Source: Euprymna scolopes (lineage: Eukaryota). Taken from it: a stretch of 64,000 nt of DNA. Location: assembly GCA_053919585.1 (NCBI GenBank), contig CM132784.1. One strand, given 5' to 3'. Under the pieces are notes generated by a model. That model was not told the DNA's origin and did no database searches. It worked only from the letters and a program-made list of their open reading frames with translations. How positions within the stretch are numbered: position 1 is the stretch's first letter; the number at the start of each line of letters is the position of its first letter. Positions 1 to 13,168 of the stretch are shown here, in pieces. Made by a program: the position numbers and the translations under genes.

Positions 1-659
1 TCATGGGAAATTATTTTTAAGGATATGCCTATGTTCACATATTTTTCCAAATTAAACTTTGAATTTACAAGCTTCCCAAATACACATTTTCCTTTTTTTC
101 TAAAAAATAATAATGCCAATTAATAGATATATAAATTAAATAACATTGTCTTGAAACAAATTCAACAAAATGTTATAAATTAATGTTAGCAAATGAATTT
201 GGATAATTTTCTATTTCATTCTTAAGCGTGAAAATAAAAATATTTTGAACTTGTACAATTACTTTCAAAACAAACCTGACTTATTATTTTCATGGATATA
301 ATAAAGATTTTTCTTTTTTGAGTGAGATAAAATCTAACCCTATTCCAATATAATTCCTAATAATTTGGTTTAAATCTGACAGGAATGGCAGAATTTTAGC
401 AATATTAATAGATGAAAAGTAATTGAATTCTAAGAAATTATCAAAATATATTTTTGATAAGAATTGTACATTTTAAAAAAAGTGACAATATGCTTGATTT
501 GTTTACAAATGTTTTAATATTTATTCCTAGAATTTTTGATGTCACATAATTTTCTTTTTATACATTCAAGGGAGCTGTGTTTTGTTGTTGCTCCTGTTTT
601 TTTTTTTTTTTTTTGTTTTTTCAATTGTATTAAAGTACTTTCTTTTTTATATTTTTTAG

Positions 660-798
660 GGTGAACTTGTGGAGTACTACTATTTTTGGAAGAAAACTCC
701 AGCAGGTATTACAGCACGGCCACATCGTCGCAATCGTAGACAAAGTAGTTTAAAGAGACAGACAACTCGATCACAGCGTCCACCATCTAGCGAGTTTT
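660..798 (+). CDS. RERE: RERE exon 1 (window numbering): SANT C-terminus and basic region
   Basis: ttttttag|GGT acceptor, T|gtacgt donor; GELVEYYYFWKKTPAGITARPHRRNRRQSSLKRQTTRSQRPPSSEF. Confidence 0.93.
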
Positions 799-952
799 GT
801 ACGTAGCTTTTTCTGTACGTTTTAATTCATATATTTGGAAATTCTGAGTAACCAGATATAGAAAAAAACAATTATTATAGATTTTAAAATATTATCCAAT
901 CAAATTTGAAATTTTTTTTGTATAAAACATATTTTACTTTATCTCTTTTCAG

Positions 953-1048
953 ACCTTAGTTCTGCTAGTGAAATTTCTGACAATGACTCTGAAGACAGTG
1001 AAGGACGCGACTTGAGTGGTTACTCCTGTAGACATTGCTTCACTACAA
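953..1048 (+). CDS. RERE: RERE exon 2: acidic linker and first half of GATA zinc finger
   Basis: ttttcag| acceptor, A|gtaagt donor; (Y)LSSASEISDNDSEDSEGRDLSGYSCRHCFTT. Confidence 0.92.
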
Positions 1049-1111
1049 GTAAGTGGAAAATTCTCATTGTCTTTAGTTGTAGATCCAAGTATCTTGTCTA
1101 CAGGCATTTAA

Positions 1112-2420
1112 TGCATCACCTAATAAGTTCTGGGCCTGATATAAAGCTAGTGCCATTAATATTAAAAATAAAAATCATATTATAAGTACTAATTAAATAG
1201 CATGTTTTAAAATTTCAGCCCAATCAGATTCTTAGTTAAAAAGTTAAAGTTATTTAAGTGAAACTACTGTTGTAAGTTTGTAAAATAATGGATAAGTTTA
1301 AATTTTATGTGTTGATAAAATATTGCCTAATGATCAGAAAAAATTGTTCAAGCAAAGCTTGATAAGTATAATTTATATTCTGCTCGATTGGAAATAATGG
1401 TTAATAATCATTACGCTACTTGAAATGTGGTTTGTACAACACAAATGATGCTTAGCACAGAAGTAGCCCAAATTCTGCAGTTATCTTAGACATCAAAAAA
1501 AAAAAAAAATTGAAGTTACAAGAGGTAGGAGAGAAGATAAAGATATCAGAAGGCAGTGTGAGAAAGATGTTTGAAGTGGGTACCATGTTTGCTCATAGTC
1601 TATCAAAAATAATGCATTCAGAATTTAGAGTTTGCAATTGTTTAAAAGTAACAAAGTTTTTGCATCAATATGTGACAATGGATGAAATGTACATCCACCA
1701 TTTTATCCTGGTGTCAACTTGGCAGTCAGTTGAGTAGACAGCAACAGATGAAAGCTGTCCTAAATGACTAAAGATGAAAACATCAGTAGCAAGGTTTTGG
1801 CCTCTATATTTTGGAGTGCGCAAGTTATTTTGTTTATCGATTACCTTGAGAAAAAAAGAACTCTCAACAGCAAATGTTTCATAGCATTATTAGTGTGTTT
1901 GAAGAAAGATCTGCACAAGAACAATTGCAAACGGAGAAGAAAAAATGTTCTTACACCAAGATAATGCATTGTCACGTATCGATCCCAACGATTGCAAAAC
2001 TACATAAATTGCACTTAAAATTGCTTTAGTATCCACTCTATTCTCCAGATTTAGCCTCCAGTGACTGCTGGCTGTTTTTAGACCTCAAAAGAATATTCCA
2101 GGGAAAGATTTTGCTCCAATGAAAAAATGATATTGGAAACGAAGTTGTATTTTAAGGTTGAAGACAAATGGTTTTCGAAAAAAAGTGATCAAATTGTTAA
2201 AAAAAAAAAAAAAAAACGCATTAGAATCAATCTCCTATGTTGATTTGACTCACCTTGAGTAATACTAGAGGTTTATTGTCTCCTGATGGTGTCTTTTAAG
2301 ACTCAAACAGTAAATTTATTGCAGCAACTTATGGTAATTTTATTTACCTAAATTGAATAAAATGCAATGTTGATAGTAAAATCGAATTTTACCCAAAAGT
2401 TGAATTAGTGGGTGATATGT
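1112..2420 (+). mobile_element. Degenerate mariner (DD34D) transposon
   Basis: Broken frames give FLHQYVTMDEMYIHHF, KVLASIFWSAQVILFIDYLEK and YSPDLASSDCWLF; TIR remnants catcacctaataagttc / attagtgggtgatatg. Confidence 0.85.
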
Positions 2421-3807
2421 TTATGAATGACCAAAATAAACTATGATTTTCTTCTCCATCTTTCCATTAGTGTAATAATACCCAACCAACAGTGATATAG
2501 GGCTGTAGATGTAGGATTTAAAATATAAGGATGCACAGTTAAAAATTCATGTTCACCTTCAATTTAGGACTACAAATATAATACAAAGCATAATTGATTT
2601 TAAGCTATAATCAAAGCCAAAAATTATTTCTATTTGCTAGTTTTAATGCTTCAAAATAACTTTCACATTTTCAAGGGTAAAAAAATTACTGCCATCTTTT
2701 CGTTCAAAATTTGCAAGTCATTTTAGAACCATTAAATATTGAACATTAGGTAATTTTTAGTTTTAATTAAATTTTAAGTGCAAAAATCATAATTTGTACT
2801 CCTGAACAAAAGGAAAAAAAACAATTATTTTCAACCAAGCTCCTGTTGTATCACACAACCAACATTGATTTTGCTATCATAACCATAAATTTACTATTAT
2901 TTTCTATTTAGTACAAAGTTCATTTTCCTGTGTAAAAAAAAAAATTAAAAAAAAAACTTTTCAAATTGCCTTATATGACTTGACGTTTATTTTCCATTTT
3001 ATTTTTGCCCTTTGACGCTTCGTTTTAATTTATTAAATCGTATTATAAAAGAGATTTGGTGTATGTTTTTAACCAAAACTTGGAATATTATTAAAAATAG
3101 AAACGTGCATTAAAGGCTAGTAATTATACTTGTTTTGTCTTTAAAATTTTTGTTACTAATCAGCTAAATGTTTTTGTTCAGTTTTTGTAGAAGAAAAATG
3201 AAAGTCGCTTAATCTATTTTTTTAATTACATTTATTAGATTGTATTTTTTTTCTTTTGTAAATTTCTGTCATAACAGTATTTGTCTTTAGCAATTATTAT
3301 AATAAAAATAGTTTTAATATTATTCAAAGTCATAAAAACAGTAAGAGAAAATTTAAAAAATATACTAGAAATTATTCTATAGACAACAGTAGTTCCAGTA
3401 TTGGCTGCCTCAATGATATTTATATTCAGTATATTTTTCTAAATTTAAATAAGTTCATATTTTTATTATCTGTAATGTTTTGCTAGATATTTTTACTATT
3501 TAACAAATTCTTTTTAACAAATACATAAATTGATATTTTATCACAAATTACCAGTTAATCTCATATTTGTTTTCTATTTGAAACAAATTATTCTTCAGCA
3601 AAAATGATCCCACAGTAAATAATGTCTTAGTAATTAATAACCTGCAATATGGGTGTGTGTGTGGGGGGGGGGGTATTTATTTCAACTGTATTATATCAAT
3701 GTAAATATGGATTTCGTTGTGTAATATTTAAAAAGATTTTCCTATGTGAAGGATCATAGAAAAACCAAACTTGTTTCTGTGTTAAAAATTGTGATTTTAT
3801 TTTGCAG

Positions 3808-4007
3808 CATCAAAGGACTGGCACCATGCAGGCAAGGATAAAGCCCTCCTATGCACGGAATGCCGCTTGTTCTTCAAGAAGTATGGGGAAGACAGGCCGG
3901 TAGTGGACAGTCCACGGGATCCCCCACCGTTTCTCTTTAAGCCAGTCCAAGAGGACGAAGCAGTCAACGGCAAACACAACATGCGAACACGGCGGAGCAG
4001 AGAATCT
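3808..4007 (+). CDS. RERE: RERE exon 3: second half of GATA zinc finger
   Basis: tttgcag| acceptor, |gtaagg donor; [67 protein letters not shown]. Confidence 0.95.
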
Positions 4008-6229
4008 GTAAGGATTCATCCCCTCACTTATTTCCTTTTTAATGCCACATTTCATTCGTTGATATATTTTTATGCATTTCTAGCTGTACCTACACAGCCT
4101 GAAAATCTTTTCATTTTGCATCTTCACTCCATGCACATGTCTTTTCTCTGAAGTTTTTGTTAAAAATATGTATATTTTTGGAAAAATAATTCAATTTGTA
4201 CAGAGTAAGTAAGTAAAGATTTACACAATTAATGCAAGGAGGGGGGAAATGGATTACATACTGGTATGCAAGTTGGGTGGTTGGGGGGATGGTGATTAAA
4301 TTGATAAGAAATTAAAATGCTTCTGAGTGGATTTAATTTCATAATTTGTTTTTAAAATATGATTTATTTTTCATTATTTTACACTATTGCATTTTCGATT
4401 TCCATCTGATCAATAGTAAATTAAAAATAATTCAACGTGTAATAATCAGAGTTACTTTAATGCAAGAAATACAAGTGCATGAAATCCTCATGAATTTGGA
4501 TAAAGATTTGTTCGCCTATACGTTTCAGTTTTTTAAAAAGTAATTTTTTAAATGCATTGTACATTTTGGTATGAATTCATGTATTTCAACATACTAAAGT
4601 TATTCTATTAGGCTGAGCTAAATGTGACATTTTAAAATGTATATGATTTTTAACAAGGTATATTTATAGGTTTGTTACACCCAAAAGTCAAGATTTTGAC
4701 TCTTATTCAAATAAATGCATACTAAACTGGGAACCTATTTTATTCAAAGTGTGTGGAGGAGTGAAAGTTGAAAACGTCAGATGGTTAAAGAGGGTAATTC
4801 TTAAAGATTGCATTCTAATTAAGACACAAGTAGATACTGCTTTTAACTGATGTTTATCTGTCTATATACTACTTCAACTCTGTAAATTTTGCTTTCTTGT
4901 TACCTTGTCACTGTGTACAAAGTAGTGCAAGAAGTTGAATTACCTAAACAATTAAGAACAGTGGGTGAAAAAGACAAACTGACAGAAAGATTAAGATAGA
5001 ACGTTTTCATAAATATTTAAAATATTTTTTTATTTACTTTGTTATTAAAGCTATTACAGTGAGAAATAAGGGAAAATTTGACTTTGCTTTATATGAGATA
5101 TCACAAACACTGACCGAACAGGTCACACACTGTCTAGCAAAATAATAAAATAGAATTTTTTTTTTTTTTTTTTTTTTTTTTTGCTTATGTCCAAATAAAT
5201 TTCCTCTATTAGTTTTTCTCTGGCAACATAATATTAGTTAGTTGAATATAACAATTGGGTCCCCCCACCCAATTGTTATTATTTAGCATAAATGAATAAG
5301 AGTCAAAATTGTGAATGTTTTTTTTTTTTTTCTTCTTCTTCAAGGCTGCTAAAACTATTAAACGGTTCACTATTCTACCCCCTCCCCTCTGCCACTCATT
5401 TCCTCCTGACTTGTGGAATTGCCTTGTTTTCTTTGTTTTCACGTGACTCATTCAGTTTGATTAGCCTGTTAGATGTCACTTTAAAACTGTAGACCGTAAT
5501 AATATGATTATGGTGTGGTGTAACATTAGTAATTAAATGGCACTCACAGTGAAAGGGGTGACCAGCACTACCTCCTCCACTCTATATTTTCCTGATAGAC
5601 GAACCTTTGTGATTGATGTGCTTTCTACTAAATTGAAACACATCCTGCATTCACCTTTTTCTTTTCCTTTTATTTAAAAAAAAAGTGTTATTCCTACAAG
5701 TGCATGTTTATGCTAAAAACAATCTTTCAATTTAGCACTTGATTTGTGTTTTTGTCTGCTTTTTTGTGGTGTAGTGTAAATAGTGATTCTCATTGATTTA
5801 ACGTTATTATTGGTTGTTTTTCAATGTAAAAGTATGCATTATTATCCATTCTATTTTTTCAAAATCAGTTTTGTCCTCACAATGATTTTTAGATATGTCT
5901 ATAGATCCCTAGGCATATCTGTCAGTCCCATTTTAGTTTGAAATAGCATCTCCATTGTTAAATGTTAATCTGTAATAGCTTATCTGTCCATTGGTTGGTT
6001 TATCAGGCTTAAGTTTTGAAATAGAACTGTCATCAGTCTGTCATGGTTATGGTCAAAATAGCATTTTAAGTGCTTTCACCCATATCTATAAGAATCTCTG
6101 TCCATTGTTGCTTGATTTGTCATATTTAAGTTTGAAATATCATTTTACTTGCTCAAACAAGCAAATCGAATGGATGCTTAAGATTTTTTTTTAATTTATG
6201 GATTATTGTGAATGAAATTCTAAAAATGG

Positions 6230-7270
6230 AGTCATCATGGAAATTAGAATGAAAAAAAACTTCATTTTCCTGGTAGTTGTTTAGCAAACAGAGAGCTCGA
6301 AGAGTGGGATTTCAGAATTATTTGAAGTGGTAAATTGTAACAGATGGCTGTTTCTGTGTATGCTGAGTTTGAGAGCTGGAGACCATGAATGACAGGAAAA
6401 CATTGGAATAGTGATTTACACCACATTGATTCATGCCAGATTATATAATTCAGAAATCTTAGCTACAATTCAGTTCCCCTTGAAGGCTATCAGTTGGAGA
6501 ATTGCAATGAAGATGTAGAACCAATGGCCAGTAGGGAACATCCAAGCAGGCAAAATTAAATTAATTGAGAAACTGAAAAAGGTATGGAAACGGCAATACA
6601 AACCTAAGCAAGAGAGATAGACATTGAATGAGGATTTCAACTCCTTATATAAGTGTCACAAGTGCTAACTACTCACGGTTTACAAGAAACTCTTCAACAA
6701 GGTCAAACACCCTGTCCTGTCAGCAATACTATGGTTATTTTCAGATGAGAATAACTTCTGCCAGGACTAGTTGTACAATGTACTGAACAACAGTTGGCTT
6801 GCCTACAGTCTGCATGTAGTATTGTTTGCGTGAATGTGGTCCTCATATCAAACCGTAGTGATCTTTTTGTGCGTTTTGAATGAAGGTCACATCATATGGC
6901 CATTACATCTTTGAAAATAGGTTTAGACTCAATTCAGATGATTATTATTAAGTTACTGTTCACTATCGTCAAGTGCTGGATGGCGTGTATGGTTTCGGGG
7001 AGATCATGTATGGTAGGAGAACTCTAACCATAAGTGGTTTGAGAACTTGGATAACTTCATCATTTCCAATATCTGGCCTTCAACTCATCTGATTGCAATC
7101 CCATGGATTATTATTTGTGGGATGCAGCTTAGAAAGGCACTAACAACACTGCCTTCAATACCAAAGATGAACTGATTGCTAAAATCAAACTGTCCAGGTA
7201 CACCATGAAAGTGGATTTCTTTTGTTTGAGATATCATCTGTAGCCCGTGGTGCTAGCTCTTCAAGTGAGC
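6230..7270 (+). mobile_element. Highly degenerate Tc1/mariner-superfamily transposase remnant
   Basis: ttttcagatgag (FSDE) near 6738; tggccttcaactcatctgattgcaatcccatggattattatttgtgg near 7075 (frameshifted WPxxSxDCNPMDYYLW); boundaries approximate. Confidence 0.65.
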
Positions 7271-7621
7271 TGTTAGGAAAATATTACTTTATTTCATTCT
7301 TCCAGCTGGTACTTTGAAAAACAACACTGAGCTAAATCAAATAGTCGACTGTTGATGAATTTCACTTTTTCTTTCTTGCTTTTTCTTATTTTCTATTATA
7401 TCAAAGCAGTCACTAAAGATTATACATGAATTAAAGAGAAAGGGAAGATAATTGAAGGAAACGGTGCATTTAAAAAGTAACATAGTTGAAAAAATTTTTT
7501 TAAAGTTTGCTCCCCTTTTTTATATATTATTCCTCAGGACACCCCGTGTAATACAGGGTAGCCAAACTAATATATAAAGCCAAAATATATCTTAACATAT
7601 TGTTGTTTTTGCTTTATTTAG

Positions 7622-7810
7622 GCTGGTAAAAGCAAAAAGAAGGATCGGCAAAGTACGAGTAGTCCTGATAATATAGACAGTCCTCTCAACAGTTCCTCCA
7701 GTTCCCAAAAGATCACTGGTCGAAAATCACCTAGCACAGTGAGTACCTGTAGTAACAGCAGTACGGACCGGGACAAGAAAGCAACCACGACTACTGCAAC
7801 TAGACTTAGG
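7622..7810 (+). CDS. RERE: RERE exon 4 (Ser-rich, GRKSPS motif)
   Basis: tatttag| ... |gtaagt, 63 codons, phase 0/0; AGKSKKKDRQSTSSPD...TGRKSPSTVSTCSNSS resembles the remembered vertebrate SGRNSPSAASTSSNDS. Confidence 0.88.
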
Positions 7811-7844
7811 GTAAGTTTCCAGAAATTATATCTCATATATCTCA

Positions 7845-10110
7845 TTCCCTATCACAGATGGTTACATTTCCAACGCGTTTCCCAGACCAGCAAGAACAAC
7901 ATGCATCACTTCTAGATCTGTCTCTGACCACAGTTCCCGATGACTGTAACGAATGCCCACAGCCCTCTTGGGAACACCAATCATGCAGTGGTAATGGTTG
8001 AAATCGCCCTAAACTCTAGAGCCAAAACTGAAGAGCCACTGCTCAAAACGAGATATTATAAAAGGGCTGACTGGGAAGCCATCAGGGACCTCATCAGGGA
8101 CATTCCATGGCAAAATATCTTTCACTTCCTGCTGAACATTGCGCAAATGAGACCATTAAATGATTCAAAGCGGCAATTGAAGCACGTTCCCACACACAAA
8201 TTCTATAGCAAACCACACTCTCCCCAATGGTTCACTTGAACTTGTGCAGCTGCCATAGCACAAAGGCAGCATGCGTACCGCAAATTTAACCGTCATAAGT
8301 CCAGTTCAAACAGAAGAAAGAAAGAAATAGCGACAGCTAAGAGAGAATTTACTGAAACCACCCAAAAACGCATCGAAGCACAGAAATTAGGAACCCGAGA
8401 CTTCTGGAAAATCTACAACAGTGTAGTAAATAATAAGCAATCAACAATTCCCCCACTATCCAACAATCATGAGGTTGTTTGCTCAGCAACTGAGAAGGCT
8501 AACATGCTTGCCAGACGGTTTGCCTCCAACTCCACACTGGACTCTGCTAACCACCCCCTCCCTGACTTTCCTTTGCAGACACAGTAGACGATCTGAAAAT
8601 CACCCCTGCTCAGGTGCATGCTATCATAAGAAAGCTTGACACTGCAAAAGCATGTGGACCTGATCTCATCCCAACAAATGCCTTAATGAATCTTGCTTTG
8701 TTGCCTGCTGGAAAACTGCTTCTGTAGTGCCAGTTTTCAAGAATTCTGCCGAAAGAAGTGACCCAGTAAATTATCGCCCCATTAGCCTCCTCCCCCTTTT
8801 CGCCAAAATATTTGAAACCATAATTAACCAAGCTCTAGTCCATCTTACAGATGCTAAACTTCTGACTGACCAACAAATGGATTTAGGAAAGCCCGTTTCA
8901 CAGCAGACATCCTAACTGTAATCTCAGAACGTATATACCAGTCACTGGACGAAGCAGGTGAGGGTAGAGCGGTAGCTCTAGATATATCTAAGGCTTTTGA
9001 CAGGGTATGGTAGGAGGGTCTTCTCAAGAAAATCAGATCATACGATATCACTGGAAGAATACATAACATAATTAGATCCTTCTTAGATAGGAGAAAAATC
9101 CAGGTTGTCCTTGAGTCTTTGCGGGAGTGCCTCAGAAGTTTATCCTTGGACCTCTGTTATTCCTAATATTCATAAATGACATCCCTGACAAAATTGTCTG
9201 TGAGATGAATATGTATGCTGAAAACACCACTCTCTATAACAGACATGACAAATGAACACATATCTAAAGAAATGGCAGAAACACTAGAGGAAGATCTCCG
9301 ATCCGTAGTGGAATGGGGACAAAAATGGATCGTCACATTCAATGCTGCCAAGACTAAACTTGTTTCCTTCAATAATTACAAGAAACCTTCTCTACCACCA
9401 ATAGCAATTGCCAAAAACTTTATCTGAAAGTACATCTTTTAAACTCCTTGGCCTAATGTTCACAGGAAACATGAGTTGGAACAGTTACATTGAGAACATT
9501 GCCAGGACCGCTGCGAAGAAGGTGGGTTCTCTCTACTGTGCTAGAAAGCTATTAACGCCTGAAAGTATCCTATATCTCTATAAGGCCACCATTCACCCAT
9601 GTATGGAGTATTGTTGTCATATTGGGGTTGATGCATCTGCCACTAGTCTCTCGCTCCTAGGTTCAAAAGAGAGTCGCCAATCTGATAGGTCCTGAACTGT
9701 CAGCTAAACTTCAGTCTCTGTCCCATCGATGAAATGTTGCATCCCTCTCCCTGTTCTACAAGTACTTTAACGGTGAATGCTCTGATGAACTGCAAGCACT
9801 TGTGCCCCCTCGATGTAAATACCCCCGACAAACCCGACAAGCAGCTAAATCCCACCCCTTCACCGTAGAGATCCCTAGATGTAAGATAGCCTTCTACTGC
9901 AGTAGTTTCTTCCCCAGAACAGCTAGACTTTGGAATTCCCTTCCAGGTCCCTGCTTCCCCGACTGTACTGACATGCAGAAGTTCAAGGGCAACGTGAACC
10001 GACATCTTGCTACCCTACACAGTATCCCTGATACTTATGTCCCTGATAGTAGCCCCCTACACCAAAGTGGCAATGTGCCTTGTTTGGGGTGAAAATGTAA
10101 TAAAAAAAAA
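7845..10110 (+). mobile_element. 5'-truncated non-LTR retrotransposon (CR1/L2/Jockey-group LINE), decayed ORF2 with polyA tail
   Basis: QMVTFPTRFPD (endonuclease end), NYRPISLLP, ALDISKAFDRVW, GPLLFLIFINDI, YKATIHPCMEYCCHI; ends gtaataaaaaaaaa. Confidence 0.92.
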
Positions 10111-10567
10111 TATTACATTAAACTTGTATAGCAAACTTAACTTCTCTAAAAATTGTACAGCTCATTAAAAAAAAATGTAATTTCAACAATCCAATTGATT
10201 AGTGTTCAGTCAATGTAGTAATTAAACGATTTAAAAATAAAACAAACAAAAAAATAATACACAACTCTTCAAGGTTGGTGAATAAGTCCTTGAAAATATT
10301 TACTCCTGGGGAATCATTTTGTTAAATATGCTTTGCAAATTAAACTCTCACCTGAATCTCCATTTTTTTTTCTTCTTTTTCTTTTAAGTCCTTATTTAAA
10401 AAATTGATACTTAATATATCGTTATTCGAAGATAAAAAAAAACATTTCTATGTACTGCATGAATGCATTTTATATGTTGGTCATATTTGTTTAAAGAAAT
10501 ATTTTCCCCATATGCCATATCAAAATAGCAATGCTCCCAATGAAATATAAACATTTCTTTCACATCT

Positions 10568-10569
<2 letters not shown>

Positions 10570-10620
<51 letters not shown>
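10570..10620. repeat. (TA)n microsatellite
   Basis: Direct reading; similar tracts at 12175, 14225, 49798, 54889. Confidence 0.95.
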
Positions 10621-10621
<1 letters not shown>

Positions 10622-11449
10622 CTAGACCGTTGGGTCAGTATGTTATATTAGTTATGGAATTAATGTATGAGCATGACACTATTGACGTAAAGAAAATAGT
10701 TTTTTGTGACATAACAGAAACATTTCTATGAAAGTATATTAAAATGAAAAAAGAATATAGATAGATTTCTATGTGTCGTTCTGTTTATAATTGTTTATAT
10801 TTGGAAAAAAAAAACTTACAGCCATTGAAGTATAAGTGGTTTGCCATACTTATAGGTAAATGTGCGCTGAACAGATACCATGATACTTAAAGTAAAATTT
10901 AAATTTTGATATATCTTTTAATTTAAACGCAAAAAAAAAATTGGGACGCTGAAAACGTACACAGTAAAACTACGTTTTATTGTCGCGTTGATTATTTATT
11001 TGTAATGCAATTTTTAAAAAAAACCTTTTCTGGGTTATTTATTTATGTTGGTAGTGTAGAAGAAAATGTATTTTAAGAAAGGTGTATTACAAAATGGAGA
11101 ATAAATTTTAAAAAAAAAAGGAAGGCGGTGGGTAAATACGTTTTATTGTGTCGATTATTTAGTATAATATATATCGTATATATGAAACCGGTCGATTATT
11201 ATACATATTTGTAATCACGTTTTGCGTTTGCTTCCCATATCTTGAAGTTTTTTTATTCAATAAATTTAAGATATTCACTTTTCTGAAGACATCCGTTTGT
11301 TCAAACAAAACTGGTTCAGCAATTTGTGTTTATTTATTTACGCTGTTATGGGTTTATGTTTATGTATGCATGCGCAACCGGAAGTTGTAAACCGGATGTT
11401 GGGTTACAACACCTGTTACAAGGTCATTTGAGTTTCATAATTATATAGA
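10622..11449 (-). mobile_element. Non-autonomous Helitron-like element
   Basis: Minus strand begins TCtatataattatg and ends gacccaacggtCTAG; inserted in a (TA)n tract. Confidence 0.55.
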
Positions 11450-11451
11450 TA

Positions 11452-12173
11452 TCTATAATATAAAGCTGAATGTCTCTGTGTGTGTGTCTGGTCACGAATA
11501 GGCTCCTATATGGTTGACTATTATAGAAAACTGATCACATATAATGATAGAAGATGTATCGAGACACAGGAATGGGTATGTTTGATCTGGCATAATGATG
11601 ATTCATTAAAATTGTGGGGTCTGCGTACGTGCCTGGTCCACGAATAAAAAATTAAAAAAAAACGTTTACAAGTGATTTCGATATAGATGTACATAATAAT
11701 ACTTTGATAAGTATGTTTTAACTTAAATAGGGATGGTATAATAAAATTGTGGGGTCTGCGTTCGCACCTGGCCTCCATAGAATGGAAATAGGCACAAACT
11801 TTAATAAAGACTTTTTCTGCGTAAGTATACTTTGATAATTATGTTTCAGTTTGAAGAAATATGGTATAATAAAATTATGGGGTGTTCGTTCGCACATGAC
11901 CTCTATAGAATGGAGATATGTCACAAAGTCTACCAAGGTTTTTTAATATAGATCCACAGAATATTGTGATAAGTGTTTCAGTGTGAACAGGTATGGTATA
12001 ATAAATTATGGGGTTTATCTATTTTATTTTTACTTTCATCATATTTTGCTTTGGTTTTGATACCCCTAATTCCGAAGCTATCTCTTTACAACCCTTTCTT
12101 TTCATAACCTATCATCAGAGTCCATTTTCTGTAGGCTGTTTTTGAACCTAGTCAACGATGGGTACTTTTGCTA

Positions 12174-12174
<1 letters not shown>
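11452..12174 (+). mobile_element. Non-autonomous Helitron with internal ~130-135 bp tandem repeats
   Basis: 5' TCtataatataaag..(tg)n, 3' cctagtcaacgatgggtacttttgCTAG|t; four aaattRtggggt units at about 11607, 11743, 11872, 12002. Confidence 0.75.
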
Positions 12175-12205
<31 letters not shown>

Positions 12206-12621
12206 CAACCAACTTTTGATTTGGTATTTAAACATCAAATTTTTCTAAAAGAATAAATTAGTTTAACTAATGAAAGAATCAAGATAAAATCATGATTGTA
12301 AAATCATGATGAGTTAAATATTAAGCATTCATTGTTCCGGTGGTATTAAGTTTTTATTTTCCCCATATTGGTTTATTAATGCTCAAATGTTAAGCATGCC
12401 AGAAATAGTTTTTATTTTTTAGAAAACTTAAAAATTTCTTTCATATAAAAACATCAAGTATTCATAAAGTTTGAAAAAGTTTTGTTTTTTTATTTAATTT
12501 AATTAATTTTAATTTAATTTAATTAATTATATTTTTTTTTACTCTAATGAAGCTGATTATTTATTTATTTTTGACAGTACATTGATAAAGTGTCTCTTTT
12601 TGTTATCTCTAATATTTTCAG

Positions 12622-12708
12622 AAGGGCACTTCTGATAGTCCTGTGAAGAGTCGGAAGAGACAGCATCATTTAGAAGCAGATAAATTTTCCAAGAAAAAGA
12701 AGTCTCAG
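12622..12708 (+). CDS. RERE: RERE exon 5 (basic, NLS-like)
   Basis: ttttcag| ... CAG|gtatgt, 29 codons; KGTSDSPVKSRKRQHHLEADKFSKKKKSQ. Confidence 0.85.
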
Positions 12709-13168
12709 GTATGTTTCTCCATTTTATACCATTGAAGTATTTTCTTCCTAAAGATCGTTTTAAACTTTTAGCAAATTCAGAAAGTGGAACTTTTTAGTAT
12801 AGCAATTTTATGATTAAAAATTCCTGGATTTTACATGTTATGGACCAGTTAACACTTATAAATATTGCATCAAATATATAGTCGGAGCAGAAAATAAAAT
12901 TTGTTTCATCTAGTCATATATATTTTTGGAGCTTAATGCAGAAACCATTTGCAATGTTTTTCTAGCAATATTAACCATTATAGAATATTTAAATGAAACT
13001 AAAAAAAAAAAAAAAAAAAAGGTACTTAAAAGGAAATATATCAAAGACCATGTTATGTAGTATACCGTTATATTCAGAGCCATATAATACTGGTATGTGT
13101 TACAACATAGGACTGCATTGCTCAATAATTCAATAAACTGTAATGATATCTACAGGGACTGTAAAAAC

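Noticed and set aside
11575-12020. CRISPR-like repeat/spacer array
   Set aside because: Eukaryotic context, whole units are homologous (no unique spacers) and there are no cas genes.
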